A DNA stretch of 64,000 nt from an uncultured Aestuariivirga sp. (GTDB lineage: Bacteria; Pseudomonadota; Alphaproteobacteria; Rhizobiales; Aestuariivirgaceae). The stretch covers positions 52,276 to 116,275 of the forward strand of contig CAYYTH010000002.1 in NCBI GenBank assembly GCA_964474665.1. The letters run 5' to 3'. This document shows, one piece after another, positions 1 to 7,994 of this stretch. Position 1 is the first letter of the stretch. Every line of letters starts with the position of its first letter. The position numbers and the translations under genes were made by a program. The notes under the pieces are model-generated. The model worked only from the letters and a program-made list of their open reading frames with translations. It did not search any database and had not been told where the DNA came from.

Positions 1-787
1 GGTCGATCGTGACGCCGGCATCGGCGGCGCGCTGCTTGGCGACGCTGTAGTCGCCCGACCAGCTGTTGACGGCACAGACCTCGCCATTGGGCAGCGTGTT
101 GAGATAGTTGGTGTTGTCGAAGGTGGTGATGTAGGGGCGGATCTGCGCGAAGACCTCCGCCATCTTGCTGTATTCATCGGGCCCCGCCGTGTCGGGATCG
201 ATGCCGATGTATTTCAGCACCATGAGGCCGATGTCGGTCGGGCTGTCGAGAATCGAGATGCCGCATTCGGCGAGCACCTTCGCGTTGTCGGGCTTGAAGA
301 TGGTGTCGAGGCTTTCGAGGTCGGCGCCGGGCAGGCGCTGCTTCACCATGTCGAGATTGTAGGTGAAGCCGACCGAGCCCCAGGTGTAAGGCACGCCATA
401 GTCGTTGCCGGGGTCGAAGCCCTGGAGGATGGCGAGGATCTCGGGGTCGAGATTGCCCCAGTTGGTGAGCTTGGCCTTGTCGAGCTTCTGGTAGACCTTG
501 GCCTGGATCATCTGCGGCAGCTTGAGGCCGGACTGCAGCACCACGTCATAGCCCGAGGAGCCGGCCAGCATCTTGGCCTCCATCTCCTCGGAACTCGCAT
601 ACATGTCATAGACCACCTTGATGCCGGTTTCCTTGGTGAAGTCGGCAATCGTGGTCTCGCCGATGTAGTCCGCCCAGTTGTAGACGTTCACCACGCCGGC
701 ATCGGCGCGGGCACGGCGGACATAGGGCATGGCAAGTCCGGCTGCGGCACCCATGGCAGCGAGGGTGTGACGACGACTGAGCTTCAT
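1..787 (-). CDS. Polyamine-type (PotD/PotF family) ABC transporter substrate-binding protein, runs off the left edge
   Basis: My own translation from ATG 787 (not in ORF track): MKLSRRHTLAAMGAAAGLAMPYVRRARADAGVVNVYNWADYIGETTIADFTKETGIKVVYDMYASSEEMEAKMLAGSSGYDVV...YGVPYTWGSVG. These are typical PotD/PotF motifs. RBS-like GGGAGG upstream. Confidence 0.9.
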   Translation of the reverse strand, partial: MKLSRRHTLAAMGAAAGLAMPYVRRARADAGVVNVYNWADYIGETTIADFTKETGIKVVYDMYASSEEMEAKMLAGSSGYDVVLQSGLKLPQMIQAKVYQKLDKAKLTNWGNLDPEILAILQGFDPGNDYGVPYTWGSVGFTYNLDMVKQRLPGADLESLDTIFKPDNAKVLAECGISILDSPTDIGLMVLKYIGIDPDTAGPDEYSKMAEVFAQIRPYITTFDNTNYLNTLPNGEVCAVNSWSGDYSVAKQRAADAGVTID

Positions 788-821
788 GAGTTCCTCCCTT
801 TTGTAATCGTTTCATTCCAGC

Positions 822-2039
822 CTAGAGCGAGTTGGGCGGCTGGCAAATTAATTCTTCATGCAGTTGCGGGAGGCGGTGGCCGGGCGGTTCCTGGGGCAGG
901 GTCATGACCGGGAACAGCCGTCGCAGCCCGTCATGGTGGCGGCGCAGCCCGTATTCGAGGTCGGACAGGTGGAAGCCCTCGAATGCCTCTGATTTCATCG
1001 ACTCGTTGGACCAGATCGAGAGTTGCTGGTCTTCCGCCGAGGTGGCGCGGTCGATGCGGTAGGCCAGATAGCGCGCCAGACGGGTCTGCCGTGTCTCGTC
1101 CGGCCAGCGGTAGAGCCGTCCGGTCAGCCGGGTGCGGCCCGGACCGATCGGGATCTCCTGATAGAACTGCGCCCCTTCTGGCGTGACCGCGAAGACGGCA
1201 TTCGGAAACAGGCCGTAATAGGTCCAGGCCTTTTGCAGATGGGGCGGGAGATCCGGCCGCGGCGGCGAGATCCGGACATAGTTCCGCACCGACCAGCCGC
1301 GGGCCAGGGTGTCGTCATACCAGCCAATCGAGATGGAGAGCCCGTCCCGGAGGTGCATGTCGCGGTAGGTGCGGCCATAGAGTTCCTGCAGGCTCGGATG
1401 GGCGAGCGCGACATGGTAGCCTTCGTTGTCGACATCACGGACCGACTTCCAGTTCACCGGCAGCTCGGAGGTCCAGTCGAGGTTCCGCACCGGCAGCAGC
1501 TTGTCGAGCCCGTAGGCGCTGAAGTCGGCTTCATAGGGCGCCAGCATCGTGGCGACAGAGGGCTGCGGTCCCTCCTTGAAGCGGAGGAAGATGAAGCCGT
1601 GGAAGACTTCCATCTCGATCGGCTTCAGCCCGAAGTCCTCGCGCTTCAGTTCACCGAAGCTCGAGGGCCGTGCCGCGCCGCGCAGCGATCCGTCGAGGTT
1701 GTAGACCCAGCCATGGAACGGACAGACGATGGCACCCTTGCAGTGACCCTTGCTGCCATCGACGACGCGTGCGCCGCGGTGCCGGCAGAGATTGTGGAAG
1801 GCACGCACGACGCCGTCCGCCCCGCGCATGACGACCGCGCGCTCGCCCAGCAGGTCGAAGGCCAGCCAGTCGCCGGCAGCCGGAATGTCGCCCACATGGC
1901 CAACCACCTGCCAGTGGGTGAGGAACAGCTTGTCGCGTTCGAGATCGAACAGCGCGGGTGAATGATAGGTCCAGGCGGGCAGGCCGCCACGGTCCCAGTC
2001 ATTCGGCACGGCAATGGTTTCATAGGGCAGCTGTGTCAT
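822..2039 (-). CDS. Rieske non-heme iron oxygenase alpha subunit (B)
   Basis: Rieske CRH...CPFH; mononuclear Fe region NWKSVRDVDNEGYHVALAHP; distal Asp in EDQQ. Start MTQLPY at 2039 overlaps the upstream stop (ATGA). Confidence 0.92.
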   Translation of the reverse strand: MTQLPYETIAVPNDWDRGGLPAWTYHSPALFDLERDKLFLTHWQVVGHVGDIPAAGDWLAFDLLGERAVVMRGADGVVRAFHNLCRHRGARVVDGSKGHCKGAIVCPFHGWVYNLDGSLRGAARPSSFGELKREDFGLKPIEMEVFHGFIFLRFKEGPQPSVATMLAPYEADFSAYGLDKLLPVRNLDWTSELPVNWKSVRDVDNEGYHVALAHPSLQELYGRTYRDMHLRDGLSISIGWYDDTLARGWSVRNYVRISPPRPDLPPHLQKAWTYYGLFPNAVFAVTPEGAQFYQEIPIGPGRTRLTGRLYRWPDETRQTRLARYLAYRIDRATSAEDQQLSIWSNESMKSEAFEGFHLSDLEYGLRRHHDGLRRLFPVMTLPQEPPGHRLPQLHEELICQPPNSL

Positions 2040-3175
2040 GCGTGTGTCTCCATGTGGTTGAGCACCCACTGGTGAAAGCGATGGATCTCATATTCTTCCG
2101 GCATCAGCCGTGCCGCGCGGAACGCCGGCGAGCGCATGCCGCGCTGGTTCATTTCGGAGGCCTCGCCATCCTGCAGCATCACCGTCTTTGCAAAGGCGGC
2201 GACGGTGGCAGGATCGAAACCGGGACGGGCCAGGGTGTCAGGGCTGAAGTGCCATTCGGCGACGAGCCGCGTGCGTTCGGGTGCGAGCGGCTCGATGCGG
2301 ACCGAGCGCACATAGTCGACATGCGCGACCACATAGGTCGACGGCCACAGCGTGACGAAGCTGTAGCCCGCCATGCGCTCGGCCTCGGTCAGCTTCGGGA
2401 AGACCGGGCCACAGGGCGCCCCGTCGGGCGTCCAGCTTTCCGCGCCGGTCCGGAGATTGGGCAGGACCGTCTCGTCCGGTGTCCAGCCCAGCGCCTCGGA
2501 GGGACCCATGATGCCCTTGCCGTAGATCGGCACCATGTCGCAGAGCTCGGGGTGGATTCCCGGGCAGTGCAGGCATTCGGAGTAATTCTCCCAGAAGGTC
2601 TTCCAGTTGCAGGCGATCTCCGTTTCCCAGTGATGGCCGGTGACGAGGCCGTCCATGGGCCAGTTGTCGAGGGTGCGAAGGCCGACGTCGGCCAGCAGCT
2701 CTCCCGGATCGGGGGCGGCATTGAGAAACAGGAAGCCGTTCCACACGTGCCAGGCAATAGGTTTCAGCCCGTGTGCCGCGCGGTCGAAATCGGCGGTCGG
2801 CACGGCATGTCCGGTGGCCACCAGCGTGCCGTCCGCCGCGGCGAATGCAAAGGCGTGGTAGGGGCAGCGAATGAGCTTGCCGAGAGGTTCCTCGGTTGCC
2901 CTGCAGAGTTCGGAGCCACGGTGCGGGCAACTGTTGTGAAAAGCCGATACCGCACCGTCAGCCGCACGTGCGACAATGACCGATGCCGTGCCGAGCTGCA
3001 CCCGGCGCATGCGGCCCCGCGTGAAATCGGCAAGGCGCCCCACCATGACCCACTGGCGTGCGAAGATCGTGGCCATTTCGCGTGCGAACCAGCCGTCATC
3101 GACATAGGCTTCGCGCGGCAGGCCCTCGGGACAATGTGCGAGGCGCGGCGAAAGCGGGTGGCGTTCCTGTCCCAT
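2036..3175 (-). CDS. Rieske non-heme iron oxygenase alpha subunit (A), GbcA/Stc2/choline monooxygenase-like
   Basis: CPH...CPYH Rieske motif; NWKTFWENYSECLHCPGIHP catalytic motif; distal Asp in QDGEASE. Confidence 0.92.
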   Translation of the reverse strand: MGQERHPLSPRLAHCPEGLPREAYVDDGWFAREMATIFARQWVMVGRLADFTRGRMRRVQLGTASVIVARAADGAVSAFHNSCPHRGSELCRATEEPLGKLIRCPYHAFAFAAADGTLVATGHAVPTADFDRAAHGLKPIAWHVWNGFLFLNAAPDPGELLADVGLRTLDNWPMDGLVTGHHWETEIACNWKTFWENYSECLHCPGIHPELCDMVPIYGKGIMGPSEALGWTPDETVLPNLRTGAESWTPDGAPCGPVFPKLTEAERMAGYSFVTLWPSTYVVAHVDYVRSVRIEPLAPERTRLVAEWHFSPDTLARPGFDPATVAAFAKTVMLQDGEASEMNQRGMRSPAFRAARLMPEEYEIHRFHQWVLNHMETHA

Positions 3176-3244
3176 CGCAGTCTCACCGGCTCCTTCGGCT
3201 GTCTCGGTTGGCGGGTTCGACCATGGCAGGCTGCCATTTGGCTG

Positions 3245-3262
3245 GTTGAATTGTCAATCAAC
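3245..3262. promoter_or_regulatory. Putative TetR/BetI-type operator
   Basis: GTTGAATTGTCAATCAAC: GTTGA-N8-TCAAC inverted repeat with an internal TTGA-N4-TCAA, in the divergent region between Rieske A and TetR. Confidence 0.6.
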
Positions 3263-3325
3263 TTCTTCCCGTTTGCCCTCACGGCCCGATAAGGTAGGTA
3301 TCACGGGACTGAACCGGGGCCCACC

Positions 3326-3994
3326 GTGACCACCACCGCACCGCCACCATCCACACGCGCGCCGCGCACCCTGAGCCGGGATGAGCGCCGTACGCAGCTG
3401 ATCGAAGCGACTCTTGCCACAATCGCGGAATGCGGCTTCTCCCGCACGACCCTCACCGAGGTGGCTCGCCGCGCCGGCCTTTCGCATGGCCTGGTGCTGT
3501 TCCACTTCGAAAGCAAGGAAAGGCTCCTCGCCGAGACGCTCGACTACCTCTCCGACGAATACAAGAACAACTGGCACGCCGCGCTGACCGCCGCAGGCCC
3601 GGCACCCGAACAGCGCCTTGCTGTTCTGGTCGAGGCCGACTTCAACCCGCAGGTCTGCCAGCCAAGCCGGGTCTCGTCATGGCTTGCCTATTGGGGGGAG
3701 AGCCAGAGCCGCCCGCTCTACATGTCCCGCTGCGGCGGCAATGACGAACTCTACATGCGCAGGCTGGAGGGCATCTGCGCCGAGATGAATGCGCAGCATG
3801 GCTATGCCACCGACCCATCGCGTTCGGCGCGCCTCATCCGCATTACCATCGAAGGCACCTGGCTGGAGCTGGTGACCCTGCTCAATCCCTATGACCAGGC
3901 AGAAGCCAAGCGCACCGTCTGGACCTGCGTGAGCCTGCTCTACCCGCGCCACTTCAGTGCCGAGGGTCCGCTCTTCAAAACGGCTCAGGGATAG
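3326..3994 (+). CDS. TetR family transcriptional regulator, BetI-like
   Basis: N-terminal HTH (RRTQLIEATLATIAECGFSRTTLTEVARRAGLSHGLVLFHFESKERLL); BetI-type C-terminal domain; GTG start. Confidence 0.88.
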   Translation: MTTTAPPPSTRAPRTLSRDERRTQLIEATLATIAECGFSRTTLTEVARRAGLSHGLVLFHFESKERLLAETLDYLSDEYKNNWHAALTAAGPAPEQRLAVLVEADFNPQVCQPSRVSSWLAYWGESQSRPLYMSRCGGNDELYMRRLEGICAEMNAQHGYATDPSRSARLIRITIEGTWLELVTLLNPYDQAEAKRTVWTCVSLLYPRHFSAEGPLFKTAQG

Positions 3995-4545
3995 TACTGG
4001 TCGTCGCCGATGATGGTCCACACCGGCCGCCGCGTCCAGGCTGGGTAGATGCAGTGCTTGAACTTGCAGTTCATCTGGTTGGGGTGCCGCGCCTGCCAGT
4101 TGGTGGCCTCCGCCTGCACGCGCTCCCGCACGGACTCACGCAGCTGGGTGTAGTGCTGGTCGCGCAGCAGTGCCGCGCGCGGATGCCCGCCAGCCGTCGC
4201 CAGTTCGAACCAGAACAGCGCTTTCGCGGGGTCCTGCTTCACGCCGCGGCCGTTGCCATAGAAGCGGCCCGCCATGTACTGCGCATCGGCAAGGCCCTGG
4301 TAGCCCGCCCGCTTGTACCACTCCAGCGCCAGCCGGAAATTGCGCGGCACGCCGAAGCCATCGTCATAGGCAACGGCGAGGCTGTACTGGGCCCAGGGGT
4401 CGCCCCGTTCGGCCAGCGGCTTCAGCAGCGCCACCGCCGCCCCGTACTGGCCGACGCGATAGGCCGACAGCCCCCGCGACAGTTCACCCGCCGCAGCGGG
4501 CTGCAGCCAGGCAAGAAAGGCGAGAACGACGAGAATTCGTTTCAT
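3985..4545 (-). CDS. Secreted Sel1-like repeat protein
   Basis: Signal peptide MKRILVVLAFLAWLQPAAA; Sel1 repeats (AQYSLAVAYDDGFGVPRNFRLALEWYKRAG, AQYMAGRFYGNGRGVKQDPAKALFWF). Confidence 0.85.
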   Translation of the reverse strand: MKRILVVLAFLAWLQPAAAGELSRGLSAYRVGQYGAAVALLKPLAERGDPWAQYSLAVAYDDGFGVPRNFRLALEWYKRAGYQGLADAQYMAGRFYGNGRGVKQDPAKALFWFELATAGGHPRAALLRDQHYTQLRESVRERVQAEATNWQARHPNQMNCKFKHCIYPAWTRRPVWTIIGDDQYYP

Positions 4546-4654
4546 CCGGTGTCCGGGAGAATCAGCTTGGGCGGCAGTGTAGCCGGAAATGCGGGAAAAG
4601 GTGAGCGCCGAGGCTGCAATCCTCTGCTTCGCAGGCGCGAGACGAACGGCTTGC

Positions 4655-4697
4655 GTGTTTAGTGATTTCATGTTCAGTAAACAAAATCGCTAAACAC
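4655..4697. promoter_or_regulatory. Putative operator of the dha operon
   Basis: GTGTTTAGTGATTT-N15-AAATCGCTAAACAC (13/14 arm match). AT-rich, ends 15 bp upstream of the dhaL ATG. Confidence 0.6.
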
Positions 4698-4712
4698 AGG
4701 ACCCAGGGCCCC

Positions 4713-5315
4713 ATGGCGCTTCCCCTCGACCTCCTGCTCGACACGCTGTCGGCCCGCATCATCGCCGCCGCCGAAGAACTGACCGACCTCGACTCCGCCA
4801 TCGGCGATGCCGACCACGGCCTCAACATGAAGAGGGGCTTCGAGGCCGTGCAGGCGGAGAAGGCCAATATCCTCGCCAAGCCCGCGGGCGAGGCACTGAA
4901 GAGCATCGGCATGACGCTGGTGATGAAAGTGGGCGGCGCGTCCGGCCCGCTCTACGGCACGCTGTTCATGACGCTGGGCAAGGAACTCCCAGAGAACCCC
5001 ACCCCCGCCGACATCGGCCGCGCGCTGCAGGCCGCCGTCACCGCGCTCAAGGCGCGCGGCAAGGCGGATGTCGGCAACAAGACCATGCTTGACGTGCTGG
5101 GCCCCGTCGCGGCGCATCTCGAATCCGGGCAGGCCAGTTTCGACAGCGTGCGGGCACTGGCCTCCGACAGTGCGAAGGCCACGATCCCGATGAAGGCGAT
5201 CCGCGGCCGGGCCTCCTTCCTCGGTGACCGCTCCATCGGCCACATGGACCCGGGCGCGCGCTCGAGCGAGATCATGATCACCGCGGTCTGCGACGTGCTG
5301 GAGGGAAAGCCATGA
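4713..5315 (+). CDS. dhaL: Dihydroxyacetone kinase ADP-binding subunit DhaL
   Basis: LTDLDSAIGDADHGLNM, GGASGPLYG, GDKTM-like GNKTMLD, GRASFLGDRSIGHMDPGA. Confidence 0.95.
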   Translation: MALPLDLLLDTLSARIIAAAEELTDLDSAIGDADHGLNMKRGFEAVQAEKANILAKPAGEALKSIGMTLVMKVGGASGPLYGTLFMTLGKELPENPTPADIGRALQAAVTALKARGKADVGNKTMLDVLGPVAAHLESGQASFDSVRALASDSAKATIPMKAIRGRASFLGDRSIGHMDPGARSSEIMITAVCDVLEGKP

Positions 5316-5698
5316 CGGTCGGCATCGTCATCGTCTCGCACTCGCCCGATGTGGCGAAGGGTGCCGCCGACATGGTGCGCCAGATGGTCGGCGACGACGT
5401 GCCGCTCGGCTTCTGCGGCGGCAACCCGGATGGCGGGCTCGGCACCAGCGTCGAGAAGATCCTCGCCGCCATCGACGCCGCATGGTCCGAAGATGGCGTG
5501 GCCATTCTCGTCGATCTCGGCGGGGCGGAAACCAACAGCGAGATGGCAGTCGAGATGCTGCCCGACGAACGCCGGAACAGGATCGTCATCTGCAACGCGC
5601 CCGTGGTCGAAGGTGCCGTGATGGCGGCGACGGAGGCCTGGGGCGGCGGCTCGCTGGCCGACGTGAAGCGCACCGCAGAGGAGCTCTCGCCGCAATGA
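5312..5698 (+). CDS. dhaM: PTS-dependent DHA kinase phosphotransferase subunit DhaM (EIIA-Man-like domain only)
   Basis: MTVGIVIVSHS, GGLGTS, ILVDLGGAETNSEMA, NAPVVEGA; 128 aa. Confidence 0.93.
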   Translation: MTVGIVIVSHSPDVAKGAADMVRQMVGDDVPLGFCGGNPDGGLGTSVEKILAAIDAAWSEDGVAILVDLGGAETNSEMAVEMLPDERRNRIVICNAPVVEGAVMAATEAWGGGSLADVKRTAEELSPQ

Positions 5699-5988
5699 GT
5701 GCAACCGCGGAAGGAACGGTGGTCATCACCCATGACGTGGGGCTCCATGCGCGACCCTCCGTCAAGCTCACCAAGCTTGCCAAGGGCTTCGCCTCCACGC
5801 TGGAAATCGCCAGTGCCGCGGAAGGCCCTTGGATCGATGCCAAGAGCATCGTCAAGGTCATGGCGATGAAGGCGAAGCAGCATTCGACACTCTTCGTGCG
5901 CGCCGCAGGTGCCGATGCACAGGCTGCCGTCGATGCCGTCATCGGCCTCGTACGCCGCGACTTCGACGAAGCAGGCGATGGGCACTAG
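5695..5988 (+). CDS. ptsH: HPr family phosphocarrier
   Basis: Start MSATAEG at 5695; GLHARPS (His15 motif); DAKSIVKV (Ser46 region). Confidence 0.92.
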   Translation: MSATAEGTVVITHDVGLHARPSVKLTKLAKGFASTLEIASAAEGPWIDAKSIVKVMAMKAKQHSTLFVRAAGADAQAAVDAVIGLVRRDFDEAGDGH

Positions 5989-7558
5989 CCGCCAGGGCAT
6001 GGGCGCATCGGACGGGCTGTTCCGCGGCCCGGTGCGACGGCTTGGGGGCGTCACGGCCGAGCGGCAGGCGACAGGTGATGCAGGGGCGGAAGGCGCCGCC
6101 CTGCGGGCGGCGGTCGCTGCGGCGATCGCGGATCTCGCGGCGCTCATGGAGCGGGTCGATGGCGAGGCCCAGGACATTCTCGCCTTCCAGGTGGCCATGC
6201 TGGAGGATGATGCGCTCTCGGGCCCTGCCCTTTCCGCCATCGGCGAAGGCGCAGCCGCTCATCACGCCTGGTCCATCGCACTCGACGGCGAGATCGCGGG
6301 CTATGAAACCTCCGACGACGATTATTTCCGCGCCCGTGCCGCCGACCTCCGCGACATCCGCGACCGCGTACTGCGGCATCTTTCCGGCGATGCCTCGACA
6401 CAGGACAACACGGGTGCCGTGCTGGTGGGCGAGGACATTGCCCCCACGACCTTCCTCGAGACCGACTGGCGGGCCGGTGGTGCCATTGCACTGGCAGGCG
6501 GCAGCACCACCAGCCACGTCGCCATGCTGGCCCGGGCCCGCGGCATTCCCATGGTGGTGGGTCTTGGCGAGCTGCCGGCGGAGATCGCGCTGCTCGCCGT
6601 CGATGGCGGCAAGGGGAATGTGCTGATCGATCCAGACGCCGCGCAGTGTGCGGCCTTCGATGCAGCACTTGCCCAGGATGCCCGGGCGCGTGCCGGCGAA
6701 GAGCAGTTCCGCCTGCGGCCCGCCACGCGCCGGAATGGCACGCGCATCGACATTCTCGTCAACGTGGCGGGCGTCGATGAACTCGATCGCATCGATCACG
6801 CCGCCTGCGACGGCATCGGGCTCATGCGCTCCGAATTCCTGTTCCGCGACGGCGCACCACTTCCCGACGAGGAGACGCAATACCGCGCCTACCGCCGCTT
6901 CGTGGAGTGGGCGCAAGGCAGGCCCGTCACCATCCGCACGCTCGACATCGGCGGCGACAAGCCGGTGCGCGGGCTGACACCCGAAGGCGAGGCCAATCCC
7001 TTCCTCGGGCTGCGTGGCGTGCGCCTCACGCTGGCGCGCGAGGACGTGTTCCGCACCCAGCTGCGCGCGCTGGCGCGGGCCGCCGTGCATGGCAATCTCA
7101 AGGTCATGCTGCCGATGGTGACGGTACCGGACGACCTGGCGCGCAGTGCCAGCCTGCTCGAGTCCTGCGTGGCGGAACTCGACTCCCAGGGCATTGCCTT
7201 CCGCAAGCCACCGCTCGGCATCATGGTGGAGGTGCCTGCGGTCGCCGTCATGCCGGAGCTGTTCGGCGCAGCTGCCTTCTTCTCCATCGGCTCCAACGAC
7301 CTCACGCAATATGTGACTGCCTCTTCGCGCGATGATGCGCGCGTCGCAGCCCTCAACGATCCTGCCAACCCGGCCGTCACCGCGCTCATCGCCAAGGTCG
7401 CCGCCTATGGCCGCGAGGCCGGCATCCCGGTCAGCCTGTGCGGCGACATGGCGAGCGAGCCCCGGCATCTCGCCGCCCTTCTCGATGCCGGGCTCACCGC
7501 GCTGTCGGTGGCGCCGGCGCGCATCGCCCGCCTCAAGGCGGCGATCGCGGAGCTCTGA
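5978..7558 (+). CDS. ptsI: PEP-protein phosphotransferase (PTS Enzyme I), no GAF domain
   Basis: TSHVAMLAR phospho-His; DIGGDK; NPFLGLRGVR; FSIGSNDLTQY; CGDMAS. Start inferred at ATG 5978. Confidence 0.92.
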   Translation: MGTSRQGMGASDGLFRGPVRRLGGVTAERQATGDAGAEGAALRAAVAAAIADLAALMERVDGEAQDILAFQVAMLEDDALSGPALSAIGEGAAAHHAWSIALDGEIAGYETSDDDYFRARAADLRDIRDRVLRHLSGDASTQDNTGAVLVGEDIAPTTFLETDWRAGGAIALAGGSTTSHVAMLARARGIPMVVGLGELPAEIALLAVDGGKGNVLIDPDAAQCAAFDAALAQDARARAGEEQFRLRPATRRNGTRIDILVNVAGVDELDRIDHAACDGIGLMRSEFLFRDGAPLPDEETQYRAYRRFVEWAQGRPVTIRTLDIGGDKPVRGLTPEGEANPFLGLRGVRLTLAREDVFRTQLRALARAAVHGNLKVMLPMVTVPDDLARSASLLESCVAELDSQGIAFRKPPLGIMVEVPAVAVMPELFGAAAFFSIGSNDLTQYVTASSRDDARVAALNDPANPAVTALIAKVAAYGREAGIPVSLCGDMASEPRHLAALLDAGLTALSVAPARIARLKAAIAEL

Positions 7559-7559
7559 C

Positions 7560-7994
7560 ATGGCCCTGCCCGCAGCAGGCCAGTCGCCACAGGACGCGGT
7601 CACCGCCTACAAGCGCCTGCTCGCCGCGATCATCGACCGGCGGCCCTCGGGCACCCGCCAGCGGCTGGCCACGGCACTTGCCAAGAACCGCAGCTTCGTC
7701 AGCCAGATCACCAATCCAGCCTATCCGACGCCGATCCCGGCGAGCCATCTCGCGCAGATCTTCGAGGTCTGCCACTTCTCGGGGCCCGAGCGGCAGGAGT
7801 TCACCAGGCTCTATACCCGGGCGCACCCGAAGAAGATGCTGGCCGAGAGCCCCACGCGCATGGCGGCGGCGGTGGATTTGCCCGACCTCGGTGACGAGAC
7901 GAAGAACCGGAAACTGCACGGGCTGGTCAGCGCCTTCGTGCGGGACATTGCAAGGCTGATCGAGGATGATCGCGAGAAAGGGAAACGGCGATGA
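7560..7994 (+). CDS. Hypothetical protein with XRE-like helix-turn-helix
   Basis: ATG 1 bp after the EI stop; stop overlaps the dhaK start (ATGA). RQRLATALAKNRSFVSQITNP resembles an HTH. GC-rich codon usage like its neighbours. Confidence 0.75.
   Translation: MALPAAGQSPQDAVTAYKRLLAAIIDRRPSGTRQRLATALAKNRSFVSQITNPAYPTPIPASHLAQIFEVCHFSGPERQEFTRLYTRAHPKKMLAESPTRMAAAVDLPDLGDETKNRKLHGLVSAFVRDIARLIEDDREKGKRR

Noticed and set aside
5939-7603. Long antisense or alternative-frame ORFs (e.g. 5939-7603 -, 7811-9205 -, 16453-18024 +, 35460-37139 -, 41791-42972 +)
   Set aside because: They shadow well-supported genes, have no family motifs and are rich in Arg/Ala/Gly/Pro, as expected from GC-rich codon bias.
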